63,955 bases of DNA from contig NC_068983.1 in the NCBI RefSeq assembly GCF_001194135.2, forward strand, positions 18,923,632-18,987,586, in the 5' to 3' direction. The position numbers and the translations under genes are program-made. Shown one piece after another: positions 25,698 to 39,456 of the stretch. Each line of letters begins with the position of its first letter. Within the stretch, counting starts at the first letter, position 1. The stretch comes from Octopus bimaculoides. Taxonomy: Eukaryota. The notes beneath the pieces are model-generated. The model ran no database searches. It was not told where the DNA came from and saw only the letters and a list, made by a program, of their open reading frames with translations.

Positions 25698-25911
25698 GAG
25701 GCAGTGAGCTGGCTGAATCGTTAGCACGCTGGACGAAATGCTCCGCGGTATTTCGCCCGTCGCTACGATCTGAGTTCGAATTCCACCGATGTCGACTTCG
25801 CTTTTTATCCTTCCGAATCGATAAAATAACTTCCAATTGAACATTGGGGTCGATGTAATACATTCGTCCCCTTCCCCAAAATTGCTGACCTTCCGGCAAA
25901 AAGATGAAACA
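25698..25911 (+). mobile_element. SINE family B copy
   Basis: GAGGCAGTGAGCTGGCTGAATCGTTAGCACGCTGGACGAAATGCTCCGCGG head, central domain and tail. Confidence 0.85.
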
Positions 25912-25941
25912 CAAAGAACAACAACAACAATAATGATAATG

Positions 25942-26903
25942 ATTATCTCCGGCTCAGCGAAGGCAGGGTACTGTCTCAGTCGTGTTTGTACGTGGACAAA
26001 ATATCTCAAGTAACGCTGGATGGATTCCGATAAAACTTTCAGAGATGTTTCGGCTTGTACCTGGCACGAACTGATTACATTTTGTGATCGTTCCGGTACC
26101 GGACGAGGATTCTGGTTTATATGATATATTTACTTTATTTTATATGACGTATTACGATCTTACGTTGACTTCATAGTCTTTCTCTGATAATCTCCCTTGA
26201 AATCACGCTCATGGTTTCCACGTAAGATATGGCGGCGTTGCTGCTTTCAAAGTTTTATTTTCGTTTCTCTATTATTAATTTTACACACGTCTGTATCTTA
26301 GTAGAAGCTGATGAACACATAAATCAAACTACATAAACAAACGGCAGTAAAAGAGTTCCGAAATTAAGTAACACTAACATATTCTGTTACAATAATAAAT
26401 TTAGTTTTATCCCCAACAACTTTTAGTTTTACCAATTTTGAATATATTGCTCCAGTTTAGAACTTCTTGCCTACTTGGCAAAAGCGTGGAAGGAGCCTTC
26501 GCTTCTTGAATTTAGGTTTCTTGAATTTTCCACTATAGACCTTAACGGGCGTAAAGACGCTATATCAGTGCATAGACTAAAAAAAACTTTCCTAGAAAAC
26601 TGTCCCTGTTCCCACTGTAGATGACACATACACATCATTACAAGTACGGCACGAACACCCACTTTCACATTCCATGTCTATCATTGGAATCGATTAGGTA
26701 CCGGACAAGGATTCTGGATTATTTTTCCGTTTATTTTTTTTCCTTAATTTTTGAGAGCGTTTGGGTTCATTTTTAATATTCTCGTTCGTTAGAGCAGTCA
26801 ACCGAATTTCAGATATTCTCATTTTAAATATCCTCTCAGGTTAATCGTTGAGAGGCCGTTGGTGTTGCCTTAGCGGAGGTTCGCGCTCTCTGAATGCTCT
26901 TGT
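25942..26903 (+). mobile_element. Non-autonomous DNA element with asymmetric subterminal repeats (Crypton-V/Helentron-like), split by a ~570-bp interior
   Basis: Starts ATTATCTCCGGCTCAGCGAAGGCAGGGTACTG and ends GCCTTAGCGGAGGTTCGCGCTCTCTGAATGCTCTTGTT, resembling the widespread ATTACCTCCGCCAAGG...CCTTGGCGGAGG..GCGCTCTC-GAGTGC elements; flanked on both sides by AAT/ATT-type repeats. Superfamily assignment uncertain. Confidence 0.55.
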
Positions 26904-26911
26904 TGTTGTTG

Positions 26912-26966
<55 letters not shown>

Positions 26967-26979
26967 CATTATTATTATT

Positions 26980-27407
26980 ATTACACCTCCTCTAAATTTG
27001 AGGCCTTGTGCCTATAGTAGAAAGATTATTATTATTATCAGACGGCGAACTGGCAGAATTGCTAGTGCGCCGGGCGGAATGGTTAGCATTATTCCATCCG
27101 TGTTTGCGTTCCGTGTTCAAATTCGACCGAGGCCGACTTTGCCTCTCTTCCTTTTGGAATCTATAAATCAATTACCAGTGAAATACTGGGATCGATGTAA
27201 TCAGTTATCCCCCTTCCTCCGAATTTGAGGCATTGAATCTATAATATAGGCATTTATTATTATCAATAATGGCATTGTATTTCCACCGATGTCGACTTTG
27301 CATTTCAACATTTCTGGCTCGATAAAATAAGAAACAGCCGAGCACTGGGGTCGATGTAAAAGACTTGCCTCCAGGACAGAAATTGCTGACCTTGTGCCAA
27401 TAGTTGA

Positions 27408-27410
<3 letters not shown>
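26980..27410 (+). mobile_element. Cluster of SINE family B pieces (tail 26980-27030, copy 27041-27250, 5'-truncated copy 27275-27410)
   Basis: Recognisable head, central domain and tail segments separated by (ATT)n. Confidence 0.8.
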
Positions 27411-27467
<57 letters not shown>

Positions 27468-27533
27468 GAGCAGCACGACAATATACTACTACTACCACTA
27501 GTGCTGCTACTGCCACTACTACTATTACTACTG

Positions 27534-27586
<53 letters not shown>
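27407..27586. repeat. (ATT)n and (ACT)n microsatellites
   Basis: Direct reading. Confidence 0.95.
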
Positions 27587-27589
<3 letters not shown>

Positions 27590-28459
27590 TATATTTCGAA
27601 TTCTTAGACATTGTAATGTAAGGTGGAATAAATATTCACTTTAGCTATTGCACTATGCTGTCCCGATAGTGATTATATGCCCTATATAAGAATTTTTTTT
27701 TTCCGACAATAAATCGATGATTTATAGTCAGTATGAAACAATTCAATCTTGCACAAATTATTGGATGGTGCTAAATATATCTAGAGACAGACAACTGAAA
27801 TACGTGTGAGACAAACAACACGAAGTAATATCGACTGGCTGTCAGAAATATCAAATGGTCGGCTGATGTAATTGAAAACCGTGCAATCGATTGTGGTTCT
27901 GAAATAATAGCCTAATTTCTCTTGCTTCTCTAGCGTTTAGCTCTATGTATGTATGTATGTATGTATGTATGTATGTATGTATGTATGTATGTATGTATGG
28001 ATGGATGGAAGGATGGATGGGTGTATGTATGTATATATGTATATATGCATGTACGTATGTACGTATGTACGTTTATGTATACGTGCATATATGTATACAT
28101 GTGCGTACACACAGACACACATACGCGCGCACACAAACACAAAAACACATACATACACGTGTGTATACACATATGTATAGTTATAGATAGGTAAATAGGT
28201 AAAAAGTAATTAGCTGGAAAGATACATACAAATGTGTGTATATANNNNNNNNNNATATATATATATATATACACAAGTGGGGGGTTTACGTGTATATATA
28301 CATGTATATGCCTGAGTGCGTGTATGTGTGTCTGTGCATATTTTTGTATGTACATACATGTATACTTCAATATGTATCTCTACATATATGTGAGAATGAG
28401 TCTATCTAACTAACTATCTATCTGTCTATCTGACTATCTATGCATATATATACGCACGC

Positions 28460-28494
<35 letters not shown>

Positions 28495-28902
28495 CTCTAT
28501 GTGTCTGTGCGCCAAAGCTTGTCTGTGTGTATATGTGTGTATGTGCGCCTGTGTGTCTACCTAATGTGAATCAAAGCTGAGAGATTTGATCGATCAGGTG
28601 ATGGAAATAAGTGCGAGATTCCTGATTTGTTTCCGGACAGTTGATGCTTTTTGTCTGATGAAAATACGTATTTGGAAAGATAAGTGTTGTAATATGTATC
28701 AGCCTAAATACATCGCCAAAAATGACAACGTTAATATCACGATATTTTTATCTATATATATGCACACGTTGAAACGGTTGCAATAGCAATGCTTAATACA
28801 TAGTAAACAATTATTCCTATTTATCTGTGCATATTATGTATGAAAGATACGCTTAGATTAGATATCTTATCTAACAATGCCACTGATGTCATGTTAAAAA
28901 AA

Positions 28903-29520
28903 GGCGCTAAGTTTTGAGTTCCAAATCCGCCGAGATCGACTTTGTCCTTCATTCTTCGAACTCAATAAAATAATTACCATTATAAGACTGGGGTCGATGA
29001 AATCAACACAATGCCTTCCACAAAACTACTACCCTTCTGGCAAAATTGGAAACCTTCAGTTGTATTGTTATTTAGGCGACGATTTAGCAGTCTTTAACAC
29101 GCCGGGTGAAATGCTTAGCGTTATTTCACCCGTCCCTACATTCTGAATTCAAATTCCGCTGATGTCAACATTGCCTTTTATACATTCAGGGTCGATAAAT
29201 GAAGTACCAATGAATCACTGGGGTCGATGTATTAGACTAGTACCCTCTCCCAAAATTTCAGGTTTTGTGCTTATAGTAGGAAAGATTATAACTGTTATTA
29301 AGCCGAAGAGCTCTCAGGATCGTTAACACGGCGGGCGAAATACTTAGCAGAATTTCTTCCGTCTTTACGTTCTGTGTTAAAATTCCGCTTAGGTGGAGTT
29401 TATTTTTCTTCCATTCGATTTCGATGAAATAAATAACAGTAGGACACTGCTGCCAAAGCATTTGATTTACGCACTCCCAAATCTTGATGGGCTTTTTGCC
29501 AAGACTTGAAATTATTATTA
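28903..29520 (+). mobile_element. Three head-to-tail diverged SINE family B copies (~28903-29055, 29073-29288, 29300-29520)
   Basis: Repeated ...AAATTCCGC...GTCGACTTTG...GGGGTCGAT... modules in the same orientation. Confidence 0.75.
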
Positions 29521-30199
29521 TTGTTGAGTGGGGAACAATGAATGCTATTAAATTGAGAATGGGGTACAAATATACGAAGGTCTATTTACTCAACGTGGCT
29601 CCCTATCTGAGCCACATGCATCACAGGCATATGTGCGCGAAATAGAGACATTGTAGCAAGACAAACAACGCATGACCTTTTGGGTGGAGCCCTGCTGCAA
29701 TTTTCTTCAGGTCGAGTAGCCCATCCTGCTTAAAATGTCTCCGATTAGGGTTTGTATAAGGATGATGAAAGAAACAACCATGTTTCCAGATGTGAATTAT
29801 TTAAAGCTTCAAAGATTTCTCTCAACACGTGGTTATGGCGTTTCCCCCACTACGCCTGCTTCTGACCAGAGATGCACACACTGTCACCCACTAAGTAATA
29901 CACTCAACTGGTTAAGGTGAAAGTAACTCACAGGCAAATCTCTAGCTAGTATTGAATACAATATTTCCTGTAGCTCATCGTTTTATTCATGACAAAACGT
30001 GATAACACAAACAATCAATTAAGATTTGAAGCAATTACAATACCACTGCATGGAACTGCAACAGGGCATTTATTATAATAGTAATAATAATAGTAATAAT
30101 TACTAGTTTTCTCTTTATCACAAATTTTGTTGGAGCTCCTGGAGTCTTGCAAGCGAAGGGGGCTTACTACCTGCAGCCACAGTACCATGCTATTTGTTC

Positions 30200-30990
30200 T
30201 TTTCAGCTATCTATTCTCATATATCATTCTGTCAATTTGAACGGTGAAGTTCCAGAGGAGTGAGATGTAGTTATTTTCAAGCACTGGAGTGTATAATTCT
30301 GGAATTTGTTGGTTTGGAGTTCACTTTGATATTTCTTTGCCTTTTTTGTTACTGTGTATTAAGTTTGCTTGTTTTCTTGCTTTAAGACAAGTTTTAACAT
30401 CCGGTTAGAGTTTTTCAGGTAGGTGTTTAGGCAAATTGTGGTAATCGTCATTGTTATTTACAGTTATAAAAGTCCACGGCCACCGTCTTTTCTTACCAGG
30501 TAAAATCGGTCTACATCTGCCTTAGGATGGTACTTTCTATGCATTGTCAACAATATTCGTTCTTTTCTGTCAAGTTGACATATTTCAGTAATTGACAACT
30601 TAATGATATTGAAACTGTAGGCCACGACGTGTGCGGTCAAATTATATATAGCGTGGGAACCCGTTTCTTGCTTTCTGCTCTGTCTTGAGTATTGCCCTTA
30701 CTCTGCGATAGCATTCTTTTCTGATCCTTTTCCTTGTCATTGAATGTTTGATTCTATCACATTTCACATACCCCTAGGTATTTGTAGCTCTCCACTGGTT
30801 CTAACTCCTTTATGACATTCTGTTGGTCAAGAATGACGTTGGATGTTTCTATCATTTTTCCTCCATCAAAGGTAGAATTTGCATATTTATTGATGCCAAC
30901 TTGCATCCTGATATCATCATTAAATTGTTTAACAATTGCTAGTAAGCCCCATAGTTTCAAACTATAGAGTATTTGAAGATCGATCTTCTT
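30200..30990 (-). mobile_element. Decayed R4/Dong-type retrotransposon fragment
   Basis: Minus strand gives GLLAIVKQFNDDIRMQVGINK...IKELEPVESYKYLGV (RT domains 5-7), MHRKYHPKADVDRFYL.RKDGGRGL, and PVLENNYISLLWNFTVQIDR (pre-RLE). Confidence 0.85.
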
Positions 30991-31231
30991 TCTTCGAAAC
31001 AAAATGTTTTCAGTACATTGCTTTATTCAAATATTTCAGTTAGCTGAATTCCGAAAGTATGCTACAAAATATCAGAAACTTAAAATGAAATGCGCCCGTG
31101 CTTTTAAACGCACATGTATGTATGTATGTATCTATGTATGTATGTATCTAGGTATGTTTTTATGTACTAATGCATACTTGTACGATTATGTATGTATGCG
31201 TGCTATTAAGTATGTGTATATGTATGTATGC

Positions 31232-31234
<3 letters not shown>

Positions 31235-31309
<75 letters not shown>

Positions 31310-31345
31310 CTATATATCTATCTATCTATCTATCTATCTATCTAG
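31235..31345. repeat. (TATC)n microsatellite
   Basis: Direct reading. Confidence 0.95.
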
Positions 31346-31389
31346 AGCATAACACTATAAAATAGTAAAAAAAATCCAGACAAAAAACA

Positions 31390-32505
31390 AAAAGGCAAAA
31401 GAGAGTCACTTACTGTTATAGTTTCTGTAATGAGAATATTGACCAAGGCTACCGTGGTCTTTTCCGTAGGCTTTTCTTTCCACGGCCAAACCTAAACTGT
31501 CCTCCCCTCTTTTTACACGAGAACATTACTGTGTGATACACGATCCCTATTGATCGTTTTTTTGTTTATTCTCGATCTCTTTTGATAGAATTCCCTCCTT
31601 TTTCCCTTCCTACGATCCCTTTTGATCGACACACCCCTATTTTTTTGCCTTCCCCCTCCCAAAAAGAACAGCTCTACATTGTATCTGTCCCATCTTTGTT
31701 GAGGTAGACAGGTTTATGAACAACAAGCTGGTGTATCGGTTTGAAGCTCGGGAGAGTGAGAAAATCTTTTATGCTTCGACCGTACGCTCTTCAACATAAA
31801 GGAATACAAGGAAAGAGACATAGAGAGAATTTAAAAAAACACTTGTGGATTTAGCGATCAAACATGGCTATTGGTTGGGAAAAAATAGTTTGACAACAGA
31901 GCTATGAAGTAAAGATAATGATGGACTGGTGATCCGAAAATGAAGGTACGTCTGTAATGTTTCGGTGTATGGATGATGGTTTATGGGTCTGAGGATGATG
32001 GTGAGTGAGCGCGAAGTGGATTGTGTGCGGTGTGGGTGCGGGGAAGTGGTCAATGCTAGTGTGTGTGGAGTGGTGTGGTGTGATGTAACGTGGTGGTGTG
32101 TGCTGTGGTGTGGTGGTGTGGGATTTTGGGGATATGAGCGTGACGTATGGGTGTAGGGTGATGATGTGGGGTGGGTTGAGTATGTGGTAATGGAGATGTG
32201 GTTGTATGTGTGAGGCATATGTGAGAGAGATTTGTGAGTGTCGGTTGTTGATGGAGGTTTATCAATGAAGAGAGAAGTTGGGTAGGGGTGAAGAGAAGTA
32301 GGTGTCAGAGGAAGATAGGAGGGAAGTTGAGCTCATTTGGTGCAAAGGAGTGAAGAGAGTAGATTAATTTCTGTTCACGGCGAAAACGGGAGACCGGATG
32401 GCCCCTGTGCAGGCAATCCAAAAAGAGACAGGTTTTGAATGAACGACCGGTAGAGCGGAAATGGCACGAGACCGGGGTATCACTGCCGAGTCTAATGTCT
32501 CCTTC
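31390..32505 (-). mobile_element. Penelope-like element 3' portion (GIY-YIG C-terminus plus 3' region)
   Basis: Minus strand 32300-32500 reads DIRLGSDTPVSCHFRSTGRSF...RFRREQKLIYSLHSFAPNELN, matching the PLE endonuclease C-terminus (...REQ.LI..L...P.GLN); followed by a CA-rich tract and a degenerate TGAAGAGCGTACGGTCGAAG terminal motif. Confidence 0.75.
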
Positions 32506-33523
32506 TCTCTCTCTTTCTGTATATATATATATATATATATATNNNNNNNNNNNNNNNNNNNNNNNNNNNNNNNNNNNNNNNNNNNNNNNNNNNNNNNNNN
32601 NNNNNNNNNNNNNNNNNNNNNNNNNNNNNNNNNNNNNNNNNNNNNNNNNNNNNNNNNNNNNNNNNNNNNNNNNNNNNNNNNNNNNNNNNNNNNNNNNNNN
32701 NNNNNNNNNNNNNNNNNNNNNNNNNNNNNNNNNNNNNNNNNNNNNNNNNNNNNNNNNNNNNNNNNNNNNNNNNNNNNNNNNNNNNNNNNNNNNNNNNNNN
32801 NNNNNNNNNNNNNNNNNNNNNNNNNNNNNNNNNNNNNNNNNNNNNNNNNNNNNNNNNNNNNNNNNNNNNNNNNNNNNNNNNNNNNNNNNNNNNNNNNNNN
32901 NNNNNNNNNNNNNNNNNNNNNNNNNNNNNNNNNNNNNNNNNNNNNNNNNNNNNNNNNNNNNNNNNNNNNNNNNNNNNNNNNNNNNNNNNNNNNNNNNNNN
33001 NNNNNNNNNNNNNNNNNNNNNNNNNNNNNNNNNNNNNNNNNNTATATATATATATATATATATATTGTACGTAATTAGGGTAAAATCCCCACTATTTCCA
33101 CTTGAAGCATGTTCGCCGTTATTACAATCCAGTATGTACTTGATGCCGTTTTAGTATAGATGCAAAATACATATTGAAAATATTGCCTGCATAGTTATTG
33201 GATAACAAAAATCGAAGTAGGAGAATAGGTATTACTTATTCACCATTACAGATGTTTCATTTGCTAAACCGAATTACAAAAGTTTGCATGTTTCATTAAC
33301 ATGTAACACATGTATTAGAGATATTATTCGATACTCTGTCTGAAGACATACTAATAAGAGATCCCTTACTTGTTTATGCATTATGCAAATCTTTATAATT
33401 TTGATTAGAAAATGAAACGTGTAATGGTGAATATACAATACCCACAATTTATCAACTATGTTCTGTAATACAATAACTAATTCAAACAATGTGAACGTGC
33501 ATCTGTTTGGCATCGCAGTAGGC

Positions 33524-33559
<36 letters not shown>

Positions 33560-33890
33560 CGTGTGTGTGTGCGTGTGTGTGTGTACACACAGACATTCAC
33601 ACACAACCATACACACTCACACACACACACACACACATATATATATNNNNNNNNNNNNNNNNNNNNNNNNNNNNNNNNNNNNNNNNNNNNNNNNNNNNNN
33701 NNNNNNNNNNNNNNNNNNNNNNNNNNNNNNNNNNNNNNNNNNNNNNNNNNNNNNNNNNNNNNNNNNNNNNNNNNNNNNNNNNNNNNNNNNNNNNNNNNNN
33801 NNNNNNNNNNNNNNNNNNNNNNNNNNNNNNNNNNNNNNNNNNNNNNNNNNNNNNNNNNNNNNNNNNNNNNNNNNNNNNNNNNNNNNNNNN

Positions 33891-33939
<49 letters not shown>

Positions 33940-35769
33940 CTGTATGTATGTATATAGATATATATATATATATATATATTTATATACGTGTATACATGTT
34001 TGTATGTACATTTGTACATTTGTATATATACATGTATATGTGTGTATATATGTATGTGCATGTGTGTATAGCTTATTATGACACCAAGCCCACGCATGTT
34101 ACTTGCACACTTACAAATATGTATTAGGGAGTCTCTCGTGCATTTTCTTTTAATTTTAACCAGGATATTATCTTAATAATCTGAACAATTTGATGAGATT
34201 TAATTCATTAAAATACAGAAAGCAAGTACAAGGTATACAACTTAAAATTTCATTTGATTATTAGTAATTGTCTCACATAATTTGAAAAATATCAAATACA
34301 ATAAAATATGTTCACGTGAGAATTTTACTAAAATGTATCTATATTTCATTAACTTTGAAAGCAACGATGTTCAAAGATTCTGAAACATTTATTAAATCAT
34401 AATAATGTATAATGTCGTTTTATGAGATAGATATACTTTAATGCTGCATTATAGTCTCTAGATTATATTTTAGACATTTAAATTCAGATATTTAATGACA
34501 TAAATGTGACATAATCATCGATTAACACTTCATTAAATTATGATTCTAAATATTAGAAATTAATAGATCATATTTCCACCAAGAAAAATATTAATATTTA
34601 TATAATATTGTTTCTGTTGACAGTTCATTGTTAATGGAGGATTCGTATTGTGAAACGACGTCAGCAGTTTTAACGCTGTTAGATAAATATATTGGTACAA
34701 TATACATTCTAAGCACATTGATGGTACGATACGACTTATAATCTGCAGTGATTTACGAGCAGAAATTTCAAATTTCCAGGGTTCGCAGACGAGTTTACTC
34801 ATACTTTAAAATTGATAAATAAAACTGATATTGGACCTGTTTCCTCTTTCAACCAAAAAGAAAACTTGTAAAATGTCTATCATCATAACTTTTGGAAATC
34901 ATCCACGTAATATAAATCTCTTAATCCGCTCTTTTGCAGCAGTACCTAATCGATCTTGAGGTATTTGTTGATATTGGTAGATAAAACAAATATTCAGAAC
35001 GGTGTTTTAGGTATGGTTATTGCTGTTATAAGTAGTTAAATTACTCTCGTTTTATCATGGAACGAAATTCCTTAGGTCTGGAAAACATTCAACAATAAAT
35101 TGCATTTTTTTCAGGAATATTGCCACGAATTTGCATGAGCAGACAATGTATAAGAAAAAAAAAGAACTTGCCCTAATGTGTACATTAGCAGTTGAATATC
35201 CGATGATCTTCACACTCGTTCAAACAATCGATTCTCTGCCCAAAATATGTAAGGGTACAATCAATCATTACTGCAAAATAAATTGCAAACAAGAAACAAG
35301 CTTAGAAATTCTCTGTTTAGCGGAAAGAACGCATTACTAAAGCCCGCCAAATCAATATCTAATTCCTGATTTGTAACAACTATATTCCCTGCCTCTATGT
35401 TGAGAATCCACGTTGAAAATATCTGTTCAGATCCAGGGTGAGTATTTCCTAAAACGTTGATATTAATGCGTACTATAATAAAATACGTCGAGATTTTACT
35501 GACAATAGAAAGACTGAAATTGTTGCGAATGCCTTTATGAATTAATCTTTTGCAATTACATTTGAAAATATGCTTTTCTCTTTGAAAGTACGCTTTTATT
35601 TTCGAATTCTTTTTTTTTTTTTATCGCTAGAGTTCTGGAAAACATGCTTCCTGTTCATTATTAAGAACAAAATATCCGAGACATTAGGCTGTAATATCTT
35701 GACACTGAATCTGAAAATTCTCAGCAGACATCATTTGGAATGTTTTAATATTGAAAATCGGATTCAAAC

Positions 35770-35882
35770 AATGAGCAGGCAGAATCGCTAGCATTCCGGG
35801 AAAATTGCTTATTAGTAATTACGTCCGTCTTTACTTTCTGAGTTCAATTTCGGCTGAGGTCGACTTTGCGTTTTATCTTTCC
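35770..35882 (+). mobile_element. SINE family B 5' fragment
   Basis: GAGCAGGCAGAATCGCTAGCATTCCGGGAAAATTGCTT...GAGGTCGACTTTGCG. Confidence 0.7.
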
Positions 35883-37584
35883 GGTGTCTTCCGTCAGTCT
35901 GATTTTGACAAATCGCTAATTTACGGGGACGTTAAGACGTGTCACTGGTTCTTCGACCATTAACATTTTGAAACCCTTCGTAGTATGCTTATATATGTAG
36001 TTTGCATTTAATTTTCTATTTGTTTCCACTTCCTTTCATAAGCATTAATGTCCTTTGTCCTCAAATAATGTTTCTTTTTTCGTTCGCTGGGGAATTAATT
36101 CTCAGGAATCCAATACATTTTAGATATAGACGATCTAACTCACATCCGTATGCTCATAAACACATGCACACACACACACATATGCCATTGAAATTTTCAT
36201 ATAATTGATCAATCGTATAAATATGTAACAATCGTATATAAATAACCGATACCAGATAATTTTGAGACACACCTTTTATCGATCGACATTACCTATACTA
36301 AAAAGTACAGTTTTATCATCTACTCCAGTGATACACAACCTGATCCATATGACCCTTAGGAGTTCATATATGATTTTGTTGTTACAGTTGGTGTGCATAA
36401 ATTTTTATACTTCTTTAATACAGTTCCTAATAATATCTGATTATATAAATACCACAGGGTCTTATTAAACATGGAATGGTTTTAAGGGTCCTTAGCAGTG
36501 AAAAACGAATCAAAGGTGTATATAGGCATAACAAAAAGAAACATAATATTGAGGACCACCAATCTATGTAATATATACAGATTGGAATTTAGAAAAGAAG
36601 CATTGATTCTCTCGCTCTCTTCTCTTCGTGTTAACTAATGTAAGTGTAGAAGTTATTGCCTTACTGATTTAGAATTATTTTACCTAGAGTTCGACATTAT
36701 GTACATGTCCTCCCTATCACATCAGTACTTCTGCCGCACATGTGTACAAAATATTATGTCATTAATTTCTTATAACTCTAGCCTACTACAATTTAACTTG
36801 CTCCCGATTTTCCAAGTGTAAATTCCTGCAGTACCCTAAATATGCTCCGTGGAATAATTCGCATGAGAAAATATTTATGTACTTGAAAGATTTCGGTTTA
36901 GTTGACAAATTATATTGATACAGACTATATTCCATGTATCTGCCAGGCCAGCTAATTACCAGTAAAGTTTTCTTTAAAGACAATTACTTCAATCTTCAAT
37001 TTTAACTCAATGAATATGACTTGAAGTGAGATGATACGCTGTTTGCTCCGATAACCTGGTAGATTCACAAGGGGACTATACTAAATTAGTCTTTTAATCA
37101 CCAATGCAAACATTTCAGTGGAAATGGGTGTTAACAGCACCTACAACAGAGCACTCTGTAACACGCTGAATAAATATAAGGCTAGTTTAATTGGAAAGTA
37201 TATTAGCGTATCTTGAATATCCTGTCGCTTGCTTATCGATATCGTTCGCGTGTGACTATGAGTATATGAATCAGCGCTTAAATATAACGCTTGCAAACGT
37301 GTATGCGTTCATTTTGCAGGGAATATTAAAATAACAACTTATATATATTGCATCAAACATTACGTCTAGTTCTGAAAATACTAAAGAAATGATAATGTAT
37401 TGATATATATAACATTTTTTGAAAAGAGAAAAGAAAAGTCAACGAGTAAAAAATCAAGATAAATTCATCATTTTCAAAGTTTCCATTATAGAAAACATTT
37501 AGGCTGTCATATTAATTATTGGAAGCTGAGCGATCTATGTTTTTTTGTGTAGCTTTTATCATTCACTTCAGTAATTCGATTCTG

Positions 37585-37628
<44 letters not shown>

Positions 37629-39030
37629 GTGTGTGTCTTTTTAAAAAACTTGATAAATTTCTTCTAAACCGATAACTGCACGTCTCACTAACTACACAAA
37701 TACCTCAACGTGGTAAGAAGGAGAGAAAAATAGTTATTAACGATTTTCTCTGTTTGGCCGGTAATTACGAAAATTGGAAAGCAACCATTTATCGTGAAAT
37801 AAGAAATATGTGTTTCTTCATTCAAAAGATATTGAATGTTACGTAATCATCTAACATTCAACTGAACGGTACAACTTATCTATTTATGTGTTAGTGTACG
37901 TGGTATGTGTGTGTCTGTGTGTGTGTGTGTATTAGTGGCTAGTTATAAAAGCTTACGTCAACGTTACCTTGTGGTCGGACTACAATCGCCGTGACGCACA
38001 CAATCATTGGATACGATGTTTAGATAATTGACACAATGGTGACGAGAAACAGAGATACAAACAATCACGTAGGGAGTCTTAGCAACTAGCTTGATTTAAG
38101 ATTAAGGCAGGGTAAACGAAGTACGTTTAAATTTATAGACTAGGATAGTGAAGAGAAAAGCGATAAAACATGATGAAATTGAAGTGAGTAAATGCAATAT
38201 AGTGTAGAAAGTATGTCGTTGAAGGAATATAAGCATATTCGATAATGCACGATTAGGCATGTTTATGCACTCTCAGTCACACACACACTAACATACACAT
38301 ATCCATATACAAACGACTAAAATTTTCATAATAGGAAAATGGTGCTGCAACAGGGTGTTATCAAATGAAACCGATATATTTTTCCTTGTGCATGATCAGC
38401 TTCGTATTGAAAAAGAAAACCCTTACTATGGAGGAATGGGTGAAATATAAAGTCTACATAGAGAATACATAAGAAAAACACATGCTTTCTGAAACCACCC
38501 AAGGCATTTCAAGTACATGATTTAAATACTCGCAACTCCATTTTTCATATCTTCTTCCAATGTTTTAAAGCAAACATTACATCGGTGGCGCATTTGCTAA
38601 ATAATATTTCCTACAAAAAAAAAAAAAATGGACATTTGAAATTTAGTTAGGGCTTGGAGCACAGATTGTGAATTGTGCTCCCTTTAAATATTTATTTCAA
38701 TTTTCTTTCGATCCTCATGGGCTTGTTTATTTTCTGTAGACTATCGATAGTCACAGTTACATTTTCAAAGACTAGAGAGACAAATATAGTGCATCGTGTT
38801 TCATGTAAATTTCCAGCTGCAGCTTCAAAAGGACATTATTCTTAATGATAGATTTTGTCTACTCATGTAAACAGTGTACACTTTGTTTTGCCAACGTGAG
38901 ACATTGTAATACAATTCTGAAAAATACAACTTCATTATGCTTTAATAAATATCATCATCCAGATGAATTGTTTTTATTTTTCTTTCCTTTTCGCCTTTAC
39001 AGCATTGGGTTCTGTGAGTTGGATGAAAAT

Positions 39031-39066
<36 letters not shown>

Positions 39067-39456
39067 GCCTCCTATAGCAAAATTTCAACCATGAATGTAT
39101 TCTTTTGCCGATACTTCTAAATAAGGTTTATTTCAGAACAGAACAATGTCACCTGTAAGGTTCAACTCATATTACGTACAGATAGTACAATGAGCAAAGT
39201 ATTACTGGTGTGACAAACACATATTTGGACTATAAACTGGGATATTAACTGAAGCTTCATTTTAACGTATGGCTAACGTTGTAGTTATCACCCGTAATAA
39301 GCAAAATACATAATCATATGGAAATGTATCCGATATGTGATTTTCATTCGTATCAGTGAAGGTAATATTTTCCCTTCGTATCATAAGTGCTCTGTATACT
39401 AAGAACGGTGTTAGTATAGAAATTTGTACTGAAATTAATTCAAAAGTAGGCATATA

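Noticed and set aside
25698-29520. Repeated SINE modules with variable spacers as a CRISPR-like array
   Set aside because: The repeats are ~200-bp diverged retroposon copies at irregular spacing in a eukaryotic context, with no cas genes.
29600-29975. Segment resembling a common cephalopod interspersed repeat
   Set aside because: Single copy in this window and no diagnostic termini or ORF; recognition from memory could not be verified.
34560-35340. ORFs 34560-34802 (-) and 35131-35340 (+) and nearby splice-like sites
   Set aside because: Frames conflict between strands, no motif was recognised, and the signals are within chance expectation for AT-rich DNA.
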